A DNA stretch of 64,000 nt from Raja brachyura (GCA_963514005.1 OY740804.1:41850001-41914000); one strand, 5' to 3'; shown: positions 12,964 through 24,687, counted from the stretch's first letter. The notes: generated by a model not told the origin, from the sequence alone. Translations and numbers: made by a program.

Positions 12964-13190
12964 ATCTTTGCGCGTGTGCAGACGTGGCGCCGACGGACGA
13001 GAAGCCGAAGCAAAGAAGTCGAAGCCAAAGAACCGAATGGAATGAGGCCGAAACGCCAAAAAACTGAAAGAGTACGAAGACAAAACACCAACTAACCAAA
13101 AGGATGGGACGCCTAAAAGCCAACTAACCGAAAAACTGCGTTGCCTCAAAGCAAACTCTCCGAATGGCCGCTCTGTCGAAACGCCACCAT

Positions 13191-13962
13191 TACCTTTTTT
13201 ATTTTTATTTTTAGTCCTGTTAAAACAAAATGTTTGTTGGAGGTCTTCTTTTATGTGGTGGGTGGGGGAAGGGGAAGGGGGAAACTTTATTTCTAGTCCC
13301 TACCTGGTCGGAGCTGCTTCTTCGCCCCGTCCTCGCGGCCTACCATTGGACAGGGGCGGCACTACCTGTCGGGACCGGCCGGGACTACAGCTTCAGTGGC
13401 GGCACAGCGCTGGGACACAATCACGGAGCGGGCGATGCCTTACCGGGTCACCGTGCGGTAAGCTCCGGAGCGCTGTGACCGCCGACTCCAGCATCGCGGA
13501 GCTGTGGCTGCGGAGCGTCCGGCCGCGGGCGCCGCTGGGTTTAAAACATCGTGGAGCCTGGGATCCGAGATTGCCAGAGTCGGAGCTGCGACCGGCGCGG
13601 CCTGTGGACTTCGGGAGCCGCGGTCTCCGGGGAGGAAGCGGCCGCTCCAGACATTTCCAAGCCGCTGACGAGTGTTCACCCGACGCCGGGGTTCCATCTT
13701 CCCGGCAGGAGGGCCTGAAAACATCGGACTGGCTGCAGAGGCCACAAATAGGCCACGAGATCACAGAGGAAGAGGACTGAACTTTTTGATGCCTTTCCCC
13801 ACAGTGGAACATTTTGATTCTGTTGTGGGGGGATGTTCATGTTGAATTCTATAATGTGTTGTGTCATTTTTCTTTTATATTTTTTCTTCTATGTAAAGCA
13901 CTTTGGTTTCAATGCGAGTTGATTTAAACGTGCTATATAAATAAAATGTACTTACTTACTTA
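13191..13962 (+). mobile_element. GC-rich non-LTR element fragment inserted in the left foldback arm
   Basis: Absent from the right arm; ends AATAAAATG(TACT)n. Confidence 0.55.
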
Positions 13963-14240
13963 ACGTTGCCAGGGGGCGGGACCTGTCAGCGAGTGGTCCA
14001 GACCCCCGGGTGCATCACATCACTGTGGAGGGATGAACATTGTCCCACACCTCTGCTCCACCCGATTCACAGCCCGCGGAGGGTGGCCTTGGGAGAGTGG
14101 GGGCTGCCCCGAGGGATGCGCACCTTCGGCCGCTTACAACTTGGTGCTTGGGTTCAGATTGCCTACTCACCTATGGCCTTTGTGGAAAAATGACCTCCAC
14201 CCTCCCGTCTCCCCCTTCCCTCTCCCCTCTTCTCTCTCCC

Positions 14241-14379
14241 NNNNNNNNNNNNNNNNNNNNNNNNNNNNNNNNNNNNNNNNNNNNNNNNNNNNNNNNNNNN
14301 NNNNNNNNNNNNNNNNNNNNNNNNNNNNNNNNNNNNNNNNNNNNNNNNNNNNNNNNNNNNNNNNNNNNNNNNNNNNNNN
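14241..14379. other. Assembly gap inside a CT-rich microsatellite
   Basis: Run of 139 N. Confidence 0.99.
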
Positions 14380-15385
14380 CTCTCTCCCCCCTCTCTCTCC
14401 TCTCTCTCTCTCCCTTCTCTCTCTACCCCTTCTCTCTCTCCTCCTCTCTCTCCCCATCCTCTCTCTCTCCCCCCCTTCTCCCTCCAGTTCTCTCTTTCTC
14501 TCCCCTTTCTCTCTCTCCTCCTCTCTCTCCCCTTCGTCTCTCTCCCCCCTCTCTCCCTTCTCTCTCTCCCCTTCTCTCTTTCTTCCCCTTTGCTCTCTCT
14601 CCCTTCTCTCTCTCCCTTCTCTCTTATCCCCCACCCTCCTCTCTCTCCCCCACTTATGCAGAGCGGCTATGGAAATTGAGCAAACTGGCAGCGGTCCGTG
14701 TGAAAATACAGCACCTACCAAGGTGAGAAATAGAGAAGGGGAGAAAGAGAAGGGAGAGAGAGGGGGAGAGAGGGAAGGGGGAGAGAGGGAAGAGGGGAGA
14801 GAGAGAGAAGGGAGAGAGATAAGGGAAAGAGAGAGGTGGGAGAGAGAGAAGAGGGGAGAGAGAAGGGGGAGACGAGAGGCTGGGGGTCATTTTCCCACAC
14901 AAGCCATAGGTGACTGGGCAATCTGAACCCAAGCACCAGGTTGTAAGCGGCCGAAGGTGCGCATCCCTCGGGACAGCCCCCACTCTCCCATGGCCACCCT
15001 CCGCGGGCTGTGGGTCGGGTGGGGCGGAGGTGTGGGACAATGTTCATGCCTTCGCAGTGATGTGATGGATGCAGGGATCTGGACCAATCGCTGACAAGTC
15101 CCGCCTCCCGGCAACGTCATGTCCGTTATTTGACTTTTCTGTTGCCGTGTAGACGACGCCGCCTTTCGGGTAGGTGGCGTATCGACAGAGCTGTCATTCG
15201 GTGAGTTTGCTTTTAGGTGATGCAGCTTTTCGGTGAGTTGGCTTTTAGGCGTCGTGCCCTTTCAGTTAGTCGGCGTTTCGTCTTCGTACGCTCTCGGTTT
15301 TTGGCGTTTCGACCTCGTTTCCATTCTGTTCTTTGGCTTCGACTTTGCTTCAGCTTCTCGTCCGTCGACGCCACGTCCGGGTGCC

Positions 15386-15985
15386 ATCTTTGCAGTTGCT
15401 TTGTTCATCCTGGCTGGCCACAAGTAAATCATCCACATACTGAAGTAGGGTGGAACCACATCAAAAGCTTCAGCTTTGCAGCTGTCCTTGGAGACATCTG
15501 GTGAACAATGTTGGAGAATTCACAAATCCCTGAGGTAATCGAGTCCATGTGTACTGTTGCCCATTGTAGGTGAAGGCGAAGAGGTACTGGCTGTCCTGAT
15601 GGAGAGGTAATGAGGAGAACGCATGTTGTAAATTCACTATTAAAAAGATCTGTGCATGTGCTGGAATTTGGGCTAAGAAGTGAGCTGGATTAGGCACCAA
15701 TGCGTGAAGCGGTTCTACGATGGCATTAATGGACTGCAAATCCCAAACCAATCTGTATTCATCCGGTTTCCCTGCTTTGCGTACTCTGAGGATAAGCATG
15801 TTACAATAGGATTGACATTTAACCAGGATGCCTTGTTCTGGCAATCCTTGAATTAACTTATCAATGCTTGGTATTGCCTGCTGCTTCAGCGGATACTGTT
15901 GTATAGCAAGCAGTGCTACATTTTTCTTGAGAGCTACCTGGATGGGAACAATCGGAACACATCCTGAGTCCGGTCTTCTGCCCAC
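15386..15985 (-). pseudogene. pol: ERV reverse transcriptase (N-terminal/palm)
   Basis: QYPLK...EYRLVWDLQSIN...FAFTYNGQQYTWTRLPQGFVNSPTLF; YVDD at 15428-15439. Confidence 0.95.
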
Positions 15986-16124
15986 ACCTGTGGCTCCACA
16001 TACGCTTGTACCTCACTCCCCAGATGATGGCGTAACTGCTTTGTAACCTTCCTTGGTGGCTGACAAAACTGAACAGTGCAATCATTAGGCAGCTCTTGTT
16101 CATGCCTCCTGTTTCGATTTGCCA

Positions 16125-16420
16125 GACTGATTGCTCGTTTAACTATAGCTCCTAAATCTTTTGCATGAGATGGGAAATTCACTTTCTTTGTTATATGCGG
16201 GGCAACTTCAGAAACCTGCTTCCATAATTCCGAAGGCACGTCAGCATATTCTGCTGTTCCCTGTGGTCTGATAACTAATGTCAAAAGATTTACATCCCAC
16301 CTAGTTCCTTCATAGGATTTGAAAAAAATTTCCAGCTCTACATTTTTACCACTCCGATCATATGCTAAGGTGATATGAAGCGGGGCCTCATCTTCTAAGT
16401 CTAGACACCACCATTAAGGT
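16125..16420 (-). pseudogene. Putative 2H phosphoesterase (LigT-like) domain between ERV protease and RT
   Basis: One frame reads WWCLDLEDEAPLHITLAYDRSG...VSEVAPHITKKVNFPSHAKDLGAIVKRA; His codons at 16375-16377 and 16195-16197. Confidence 0.75.
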
Positions 16421-16469
16421 GTCACTGACCAATAACACCATGGGGTTACAGTTATTCCCTTGTCTCCAC

Positions 16470-16790
16470 ACTCAGTTTTCAGCTGGAATGCACAGAGCAA
16501 ATCCCGAACTAACAGACTACAATCAAGATGTGTTGTAATTACGAATTGATGCAGCACTGTCTTGCTTTGGTATGTTACTTCAACTGGCATAGAGATGGGG
16601 AATTGGCATACTTGTCCTTGGAATCCGGACAGGCTCTGGGCCTCGTTAGATTAAGGAAGATTGTAAATGGACTGAATAGGTGACATGAATGCCCCTGTAT
16701 CTACCAAAAGGTGCATCTTCTTCCCTCTACTTTCACTGATAAAACAGGTTCCTCATCAGTATTGCACCCGTTCATCACCAAATTGGCCAG
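16470..16790 (-). pseudogene. pro: ERV aspartic protease
   Basis: EEPVLSVKVEGRRCTF/LVDTGAFMS (DTG at 16693-16701) and CSLLVRDLLC (LLGRDLL motif). Confidence 0.9.
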
Positions 16791-18714
16791 TCAGTTCTGG
16801 GAAAACTGATTATTGTGGGAGAAGTTTGTTTGCCTCCCCTGTCCTCGATTCCTCTGCCAACCTCCCCTTTGCTCTTGCTGATAGCCCCCTCTTTCTTGTT
16901 TTCGTGTTGGACACTCCCTGCTCCAATGACCATACCCGCCAGAGCTATAACAGCGGTCTGGTCCCAACGCTCTACTCACTCTAAAACGTGGCTTTGAGGA
17001 AACATAGGGTTGGCTGTAAGTGGGGGCACATAGCTCATGGGGGTAACCTGGAGTCCCACATTCCTGCATCTGAGCCCATTCTGACGCACAGAACCGGGGT
17101 CCTGTTTGGTAATTGCTAGTGTCTGGATTATCTCTCGGTATCTCCTTTTCAATGACATAATCCGTTTTTACTTTCGTCTGAGGCTGATTTTCCAGTTTTT
17201 TATTGTCCTTCCAATGGTATCTAACTGCACGGGCCATTTGACGCGAACTATTCTCAGATCAGTCCATGTTATTCGTTTTTATTGCCTCTGCCACAGCGGC
17301 TGACAGGCAGTTCACCAAAATTGCACAATGCTGGAGAGAATTTGCACCGTACCGATAATTAACATCTCCCGACTGGTCGATATACATTTTCAGAAAATTT
17401 CTCCAGAAATTCGTCTGCCCCTCTCTTCTCTGATGTTCAAAATTTTAGAAATATTAATAGGTTTCTGCAGAGTGATTGTAAGGGCAGCTCGGATGGCATC
17501 CTCTCGTGCCGTGCTCTGGGCAAGCAGCTTAGCTAGTGTGTCATGAGTTGGGGATGCCAAGTTCACCAAGAGTCTCCATGTTCCGTTTGGGTTAGAACTT
17601 GTTGTACTCAAGCTCATAAATCTCTCGAGTCTGCATGATACACTCTTATTGTAGCTCGGAGGTAATCTATACATGTGCGGGAGACTTTTTCCTATCAGGC
17701 ATCCGGCTCAGTATGGCTATCATTTCATTCGGTTTCCACGGGGAATAAACATTCATTGTTTGAGTGCTTCCTGCACCAACTGCAATCGCTGGATTAAAAG
17801 TGGGGTTAGGCATTTCTGTAACCGGGAATTGGCAGCGAGCAGTTTGTCGCTCAACCCTCTTGTCTGCCCTTGCCTCGGCACAGTGTCACAAGAGGTCAAA
17901 TCGCTCTCCAAATCTATGCTCTCAAGTGTGGGAATGTGATCTCTTGGTCTGCGCTTTTCCCTTCTGGATTTAGGGGGTTCTTTAACTGGTTCTTGATCTT
18001 GTGGTAGAGGCATACAGAATCTCCTAGTTTTGCTCCTAGTGCCGCGTGCAACTGGAGCATCTGCCAATTTCAGGGCCGTTGGGTTCACAGAACTCTGAGT
18101 TGGATCTGCTGCAGGGGACGCAGGTGGTATTATGGGATCAATATATGCAGGAGGGGCAGGAGGGGCATAAGGTGGGGATTGTAAACGATTCCTAATATGG
18201 ACACTTTCCCAATCTTCTAAGTACTCATCATCTCCTTCATCCAAGCCAAAGCCTACCATTGGATCACGCAATTCTATATTACTATATTCCTTTAACGCAT
18301 CCGGGGTCTGCTTGGACTCCCGTTCTTTATATTCTCTATAAGCACAAGTACATTCCTTTTTCAGCTTATCCATAGGTTTGACAATTCCTTCTTCCATCCT
18401 AGTCTCAAAGCCATTTCCTGCCATTCTGCCAACAGCTTAGCTTCTCTTTGATCCTTCAAATCTTGATAATGCTCTCTCCAGAGACCAATAAGCCTTTTAG
18501 CGTGATCATTTCGACAGTATTTCCAAATTATCTTTTCTATGTACTTCACACTCTCGAGGGTTCCATTCCCTCCTTTGTGCCATAAGTCACACCCTAACTT
18601 CTCATTCAAGATTCCAGACAAATGCTTCAATCGTTCCACTTCTTCTGGATATTTAACACACAGGATCTGCAATGGGCTCTCAGTGTCACTAGCGGTATCT
18701 AGATGATTCCCCAT
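16791..18714 (-). pseudogene. gag: ERV gag
   Basis: Starts MGNHL (myristoylation-type MG); proline-rich SPPYAPPAPPAY; degenerate zinc knuckle CYSSGGYGHWSREC; TGA at 16791-16793; several frameshifts. Confidence 0.85.
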
Positions 18715-19982
18715 TTCTGCTAACAATCAAACGAAAGATTGATCCACACACCAACACAATGCCGCACTTCACACGCTCTTATCTCCTGTCAACCCAGGCC
18801 TCACACCATTCACAGGCAGTTCTCAAAGTTTCTTAAAGTGGTAAATTAAAGTGGTAAACACACAATGTCTTAAAGCGGCATCACAGTAGCACAATCTACC
18901 GAACTTAATCACACAATCTTAAAATATGTAGCAATAGCACAAGAACAAAATCACACTTAAGCAAGAGAACCTGAAGCAAAAGCATATGCTACTATAATAC
19001 AGCTGCAAAATCACACTTAAACAAGAACATATACAGCTAACTCCAACAATACAAAAGCAAAGTAGAATATAAGCATACAATTACACTTAAAGTGGCAAAT
19101 TACACATTAGCAGCTCTAATACAGAAGTATATTACACAGATATGATACAAGGGTAGCTTACAATTACAGTACAAGAGTAAATTACAATTATAGTACAAGC
19201 AGAAGCAAAATCATTCAACATGAACACTTCAAATTTAGTGGAATTTAGACTCGAAGAATTTGGATCGCACAGTCCTAGAATATCACAGACGCATCCTCTC
19301 AATTTCAGTACTCATTTTTACAGCAGCTATGCCAATCTACCTTAGTGCTGATCCCAAGTACCAACAAGGACTCGAACCCTTCAGAGGCAGGGACTCAAAC
19401 CCCAAGGATTCAAACCTTCCTACCTGCAAGATACTGATCCTCAGCACTTACTCCGCTCAGCGCTGGCTCTCAGTACTTACCCCGCTTGGTACTGAATCTT
19501 CCCAGTATCGTCTTTCAAGGGACCCTGCCAATTAGTACCTTAATACCGGGCAGGGACTCTAACCCTGGGACTTTAACCCTTCTAAGGTGGGGACTCAAAC
19601 CCTCTAGGGACTGACCTTGTGAGCCTGACCCTCACTCAAACCTGGGTCTCTAATCCCTTAAAACGGGGACTCGAACCCCACAGGAACCTGACCTTATGTG
19701 CCCGCCCTCACCTAAACGTGGGACTCGTTTAGGTGAGGACGGGCCCGAACCCCACAGGGCCTCCAACCCTCACCCAAACCAGTGTTCGCCAGACTGCGAA
19801 CCTTAATCCATCTCATCAGCAATCCACGCACAAGTCAGCGAATGACTAATTCGTCATCGGATTAGCGGAGCGGGGAAAACCGATGCAGCATAAACTACTC
19901 ACACCAGGGCACCTATTTCTCCTTCCACGATCCACGACAACTTAGCTCCATGATCGCAGACTCGCGTTGGCAATCCGTTGAG

Positions 19983-20000
19983 ATCCCGGATGAGCCCCCA
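19983..20000 (-). promoter_or_regulatory. Primer binding site, tRNA-Pro
   Basis: TGGGGGCTCATCCGGGAT, one mismatch to the classical Pro PBS TGGGGGCTCGTCCGGGAT, 2 nt from the LTR end. Confidence 0.92.
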
Positions 20001-20002
20001 AA

Positions 20003-20123
20003 TGTTGATTCCGGATCTAATATTATACCCTTAGTCTGGTTCAGTCAATCACAGAAACGAACCCTGGAATCCAAATTCTTCTTTATTTGTATATGGTACT
20101 GCGGGGCCGGACTCGGTGGATCT
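20003..20123 (-). repeat. ERV 5' LTR, U5/R portion
   Basis: Homologous to 8803-~8920; adjacent to the PBS. Confidence 0.9.
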
Positions 20124-23100
20124 CGGAGAAGCAGCAATCAAAGACAATCAGGTAGAAGAGCTTATTGGCTGAAACCCGTGGGAAATAAGGTAAGTCAAAT
20201 AAGGTGAGGGGAATAAACGGTTTAAAACTGAGCAATTTGATTTGTAAATTGGCAAATTAGGCAATTTATCAGCCAATATAAGCAAGGTTGCTCTAGGGGA
20301 GCGGCAGTGAGGGAGCGGCCTTGTGTGTCTTTAGCTTGAGAGTCTTTGGAGAGGAGGCTGAGCAGAGGAGACTATGCAAAAGGCTGGTAAGGACGGGACG
20401 CGGTGAACGCTGGTAAGGACGGGTAAGTGTGATGCTGGCAGGATGTGGGAGGCCAGGGACACGGATGGAGCCTCTGGCTGCTACAATTGTGGCTGCGTCC
20501 AGGTTCAGCTGAAGGACCATGTTGGGGCACTGGAGAAGCAGCTGGATGACCTCACGGCCATTTGGGAAAACAAGTGTTTCCTAGACAGGACCTACAGTGA
20601 GGTTGTCACGCCGAGGATATGAGAAGACTGAAGGTGTGTGACGGAGAGAAAGGGTAGTAACCGTGGAGTGCAGGAGACCCAGGTGGCTGCGCCTAATACA
20701 AACAGGTACGCCCTCTTGGGAAATGTCGGGGGAGACGATGCTTCCAGTCCGAGCAGCGGACACGTCGGTGGCTCCAATCCTAGAGATGGGACCGGCAAGA
20801 CCGACGTCGGGCAGAGCCCTAGAGGTGGGTGCAGACAAGAGATTCTGTGGAGGCAGACGAGACGCGAGGATGGTCTGTTGCCTCCCTGGTGCCAGGGTTC
20901 AAGATGTCACGAACAAATTCAGAACATCCTCAAGAGGGAATTTGAACAGCCGGCAGTAGTTTAGAGGTATAAAAGTGTAGGTCATTCATTGCTTTCTCCC
21001 ATAAGAATCTTTCTTCCTCTTTGGAATGAACTGATCCTGCACCTTCTGAATTATTCCCAGAAATACCTGCCATTGTTGTTCCACTGTCATTCTTGCTAGG
21101 GTATCTTTCCAGTCAACTTTGGCCAGCTCCACCCTCACGGCTCCATAGTCCCCTTTAATCAACTGTAACACTGACACCTCCGATTTACCCTTCTCCCTCT
21201 CCAACTTGACCACTCACTACCTCCTAATGGCTCCTTAACCTCAAGTTCCTTTATCAAATACGGTTCATTACATAACACTAAATCCAGAATTGCCTTCTCC
21301 CTGCTAGGTTCCAATACAAGCTGCTCTAAGAATCAAATTATTGGGTATTGGGGGTAGAGTGCTGACATGGATAGAAAATTGGTTGGCAGACAGGAAACAA
21401 AGAGCAGGGATTAACGGGTCCCTTTCAGAATGGCAGGCAGTGACTGGTGAGGTACCGCAAGGCTCGGTGCTGGGACAACAGCTATTTCCAAATACATCAA
21501 TGATTTAGATGGGATTCAAAATAACATTAGCAAATTTGCAGATGACACAAAACTGGATGGCAGTGTGAACTGTGAGGAGGATGCTATGAGAATGCAGGGT
21601 GACTTGGACAGGTTGTGTGAGTGGGCAGATGCATGGCAGATGCAGTTTAATATGGATAAATGTGAGGTTATCCACTTTGGTAGCAAAAACAGGAAGGCAG
21701 ATTATTATCTAAATTGTGTCAAGTTGGAAAAGGGGAAGTACAACGGGATCTGATGGGGTCCTTGTTCATCAGTCAATGAAAATGAGCATGAAGGTACAGC
21801 AGGCAATGAAGAAAGCAAATGGCATGTTGGCCTTTATAACAAGTGGAGTTGATTCCAGGGATGGCGGGACTGTCGTATGCTGAGAGAATGGTGCGGCTGG
21901 GCTTGTATACTCTGGAGTTTAGAAGCATGAGAGGGAATCTTATTGAAACATATAAGATTATTAAGGCTTTGGACCCGCTAGAGGCAGGAAACATGTTCCC
22001 GATGTTAGGGAAGTCCAGATCCAGGGGCCACAGTTTAAGAATAAGGAGTAAGCCATTTAGAATGGAGGCGAGGAAACACTTTTTCTCATAGAGAGTTGTG
22101 AGTCTGTGGAATTCTCTGCCTCAGAAGGCGGTGGAGGCCGGTTCTCTGGTTACTTTCAAGAGAGAGCTAGATAGGGCTCTTAAAGTAGGTATGTTACAAA
22201 ACTTACCTTCAGCGGCTCTGCAGTTCTGTCACTGGCCGTGTGCGCAACTTTGGCGCCTTTGAGAGGGGGGTGGGTTTAAAATGCGATATTTCTCCAGCCT
22301 GTTCAAATCGATTTTGAACAGGTTGATTAGCTGCTGAAGAATAATCGCTCCGACATTGGTTTTATTAATTTCATTTTAAACTGCACTGGACAATTTAATG
22401 ACTGAAGTAAATTAAAAAGCATCTTCTAAAGCCGTCAACGCCGACAACGGGGACGGATTTCACGTACGGGACAGGTAAAAGAAAGCCGTTTATTTTACAT
22501 ATAAACTTGCTTCTTGGGATGCCTTTAATCAAAATTTCACGTTGCAAAAAGGTGATTATGTAAATATACGAACCGGCAGTATTTTGCCTGCCGATATGGG
22601 GTTTAAATTCACTGCAACCGCAACGTTCCTAACGATCGCGTTCCACAAAATCCCACTCACAAGATGATTTAAATGGCCATTCATTTACGGGAATTAAACA
22701 CTAAATTCCTTCCATTTGGCCTATAAATTAATGACAATGAGATTTAAAAATCATGTTATATTGTGAATTCTTGTGTGAATGTTATTTGGACACTTAGTCT
22801 ATTTAAAAATGTTAACCTTTTTTTAAAGAAATTGATGGATGTTTAGATCTAGTAATTGAATTTTGCAATTAGCTACAATTAGGTAACTAACTAATTATAT
22901 GCTTTAATTTCAGGTCATCCAAGTAAGATTGTTTCATATTTGTTTCAGAATGCTCCAATATATAATAACTGAACATTTCATTCAGTTCTCTTAATTTTTA
23001 AGAAAGTTATGGGCTTTTGTCTGTCCTTGATCACAGCTTTTGAGTTAAGTCAATAGAAAAGCAATAGGGAACAAGATGCTAATTTCCAAGTATGAAAACC

Positions 23101-23296
23101 ACCATAACTCTTTTAATACTGAAGATATGAAAGTGAATTAGGTGTCAAATTAAACTTCTTTTTATGCTTTATCTGATGGGATAAATTGCAGACTTGATTT
23201 TTTAAATCTCAAAATGTTGTAACATTGCTACTTAAAGCGGAGTCAGGGGATATGGGGAGAAGGACTGAATGGTCTACCCCTGCACCTATTGTCTAT
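20124..23296 (+). mobile_element. Internally deleted and rearranged CR1 LINE inserted in the 5' LTR
   Basis: TSD TGGATCT (20117-20123 and 23297-23303); 5' UTR similar to 47100-47375; ORF1 remnant FCGGRRDARMVCCLPGARVQDV; inverted ORF2 piece at ~20986-21330; RT 3' end and CR1 tail. Confidence 0.85.
22186..23230. mobile_element. hAT-like non-autonomous DNA transposon inside the CR1
   Basis: Imperfect TIR TAGGTATGTTACAA / TTGTAACATTGCTA; flanking direct repeat CTTAAAG (22179-22185 and 23231-23237). Confidence 0.7.
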
Positions 23297-23749
23297 TGGA
23301 TCTACTCAACCGAGCCATCACCAGCCTCGTGTAAACCAAACAGAAGAAAGAGACAACTGGCACGCCCAAACAAATTACCTACATTTTTATACCCCTAAAC
23401 GGAGGCGGGAACACCAAAGGCACAAAAATGCAATTGGAGAGCCATCCCTACATGCCAATCACTTCCAGATAAGAGATCAGTTAAGAGGCACTTACTCTGC
23501 TCACTTACAAACAATGTATACAAAAAAAAATTAACACACACACCATGTTTAAACATAAAATCCTTTACCCAATCGCAGACCTGGGTTTAGCTTCTGTTTA
23601 ACAGAAACCCAGACTTGGTAGCACCTTGGGCTTCCTTGGAACAGAAACAATTGGGAGCTTCTTTACAAATCTAGACTTGATGGCAACATTTAATTACTTT
23701 TCACAGAAGCCTGCCATGTCCAAAGTACCCAAACCCCAGCATATCTACG
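23297..23749 (-). repeat. ERV 5' LTR, U3/R portion
   Basis: Homologous to ~8915-9418; followed by the TSD ATAC. Confidence 0.9.
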
Positions 23750-23945
23750 ATACGTTCTCCCTGTGACCGCGTGGCTTTTCTCCAGCTGCTCCGGTTTCCT
23801 TCCACATTGCAAAGACATACAGTTTGTAGGTTAACTGGCCAGTAAAATTGTAAATTGTCCCTAGTATGTAGGTGGCGATTGCTGGTCGATGTAGAGTCAG
23901 TGGGCCGAAGGGCCTGTTACTGCACTGTATCTCAAAAGTCTAAAA
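23750..23945 (+). mobile_element. 3' half of the SINE split by the ERV
   Basis: ATACGTTCTCCCTGTGACC... through to the CR1-like tail. Confidence 0.85.
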
Positions 23946-24687
23946 TTAGCAAGGCTTCATGAATGGCCTCTGGGGCAGGAGATGAGCAGTCCCTGCCACA
24001 TCTGATCTACACATTGGGTCCAGAGCCACCAATGTCTCTGACATTTGATTGCTCCCTCAATCAGTTCACAAGCCATTGATTCAGAGACCAAAGAGGAGCA
24101 AACAAAAAACTGCTGCAAAAACCCTTCCCCAAAACATCCATATCCCACGCATTAATAAAGAGATTAAGTTTAAAGATATAGCATGGAACAGGGCATTCGG
24201 CCCATCAAGTCCATGCTGACTATCGATCACTTGTTCACATTGTTTCAAGAGTCAAGTCAAGAGTGTTTTATTGTCGTATGTCCCAGATAGGACAATGAAA
24301 TTCTTACTTGCTGCAGCACAACACAATATGTAAACATAGTACATAACGGGAGAAAAATAAAAATGTTCAGTGTGTATAGACACACATACACACACAAACT
24401 CAATAAATAAACAAATATAATGCAATAGTAATAGTCTGTTGCAATAACTATGTTATTCCACTTTGTCATTCACTGTCTACACATGAGGAACAGTTTACAG
24501 AGGGCAATTAAACTACAAACCTGCAGGGATGTGGGAGGAAACCGGAGCACCTGGAGGAAACCCTGACCCAATATAATAAGTGCTCTGACACCTCAATGAA
24601 GAAAAAAGGTACTGCAGATGATGGTTTACAAAAAGGACACAAAGTGCTCGAGTATCTCGGCAGGTCAGGCAGCATTTCTGGAGAACA

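Larger units (their letters stand above)
12972..15385. mobile_element. Non-autonomous foldback DNA transposon (Mutator/Merlin-like) with long inverted arms
   Basis: 12980-13190 is the inverted copy of 15173-15377. 13965-14240 is the inverted copy of ~14860-15118. CT/AG mirror microsatellites flank a short core. TSD ATCTTTGC at 12964-12971 and 15386-15393. Confidence 0.8.
8803..23749 (-). mobile_element. Endogenous retrovirus, class I/epsilon-like, env-less, decayed, with nested insertions
   Basis: Two homologous LTRs, 4-bp TSD ATAC (8799-8802 and 23750-23753), PBS-Pro, PPT, and gag-pro-RT(YVDD)-RNase H-IN in order. Confidence 0.93.

Noticed and set aside
14033-14926. 297-aa ORF
   Set aside because: Spans an N gap and CT/AG microsatellites.
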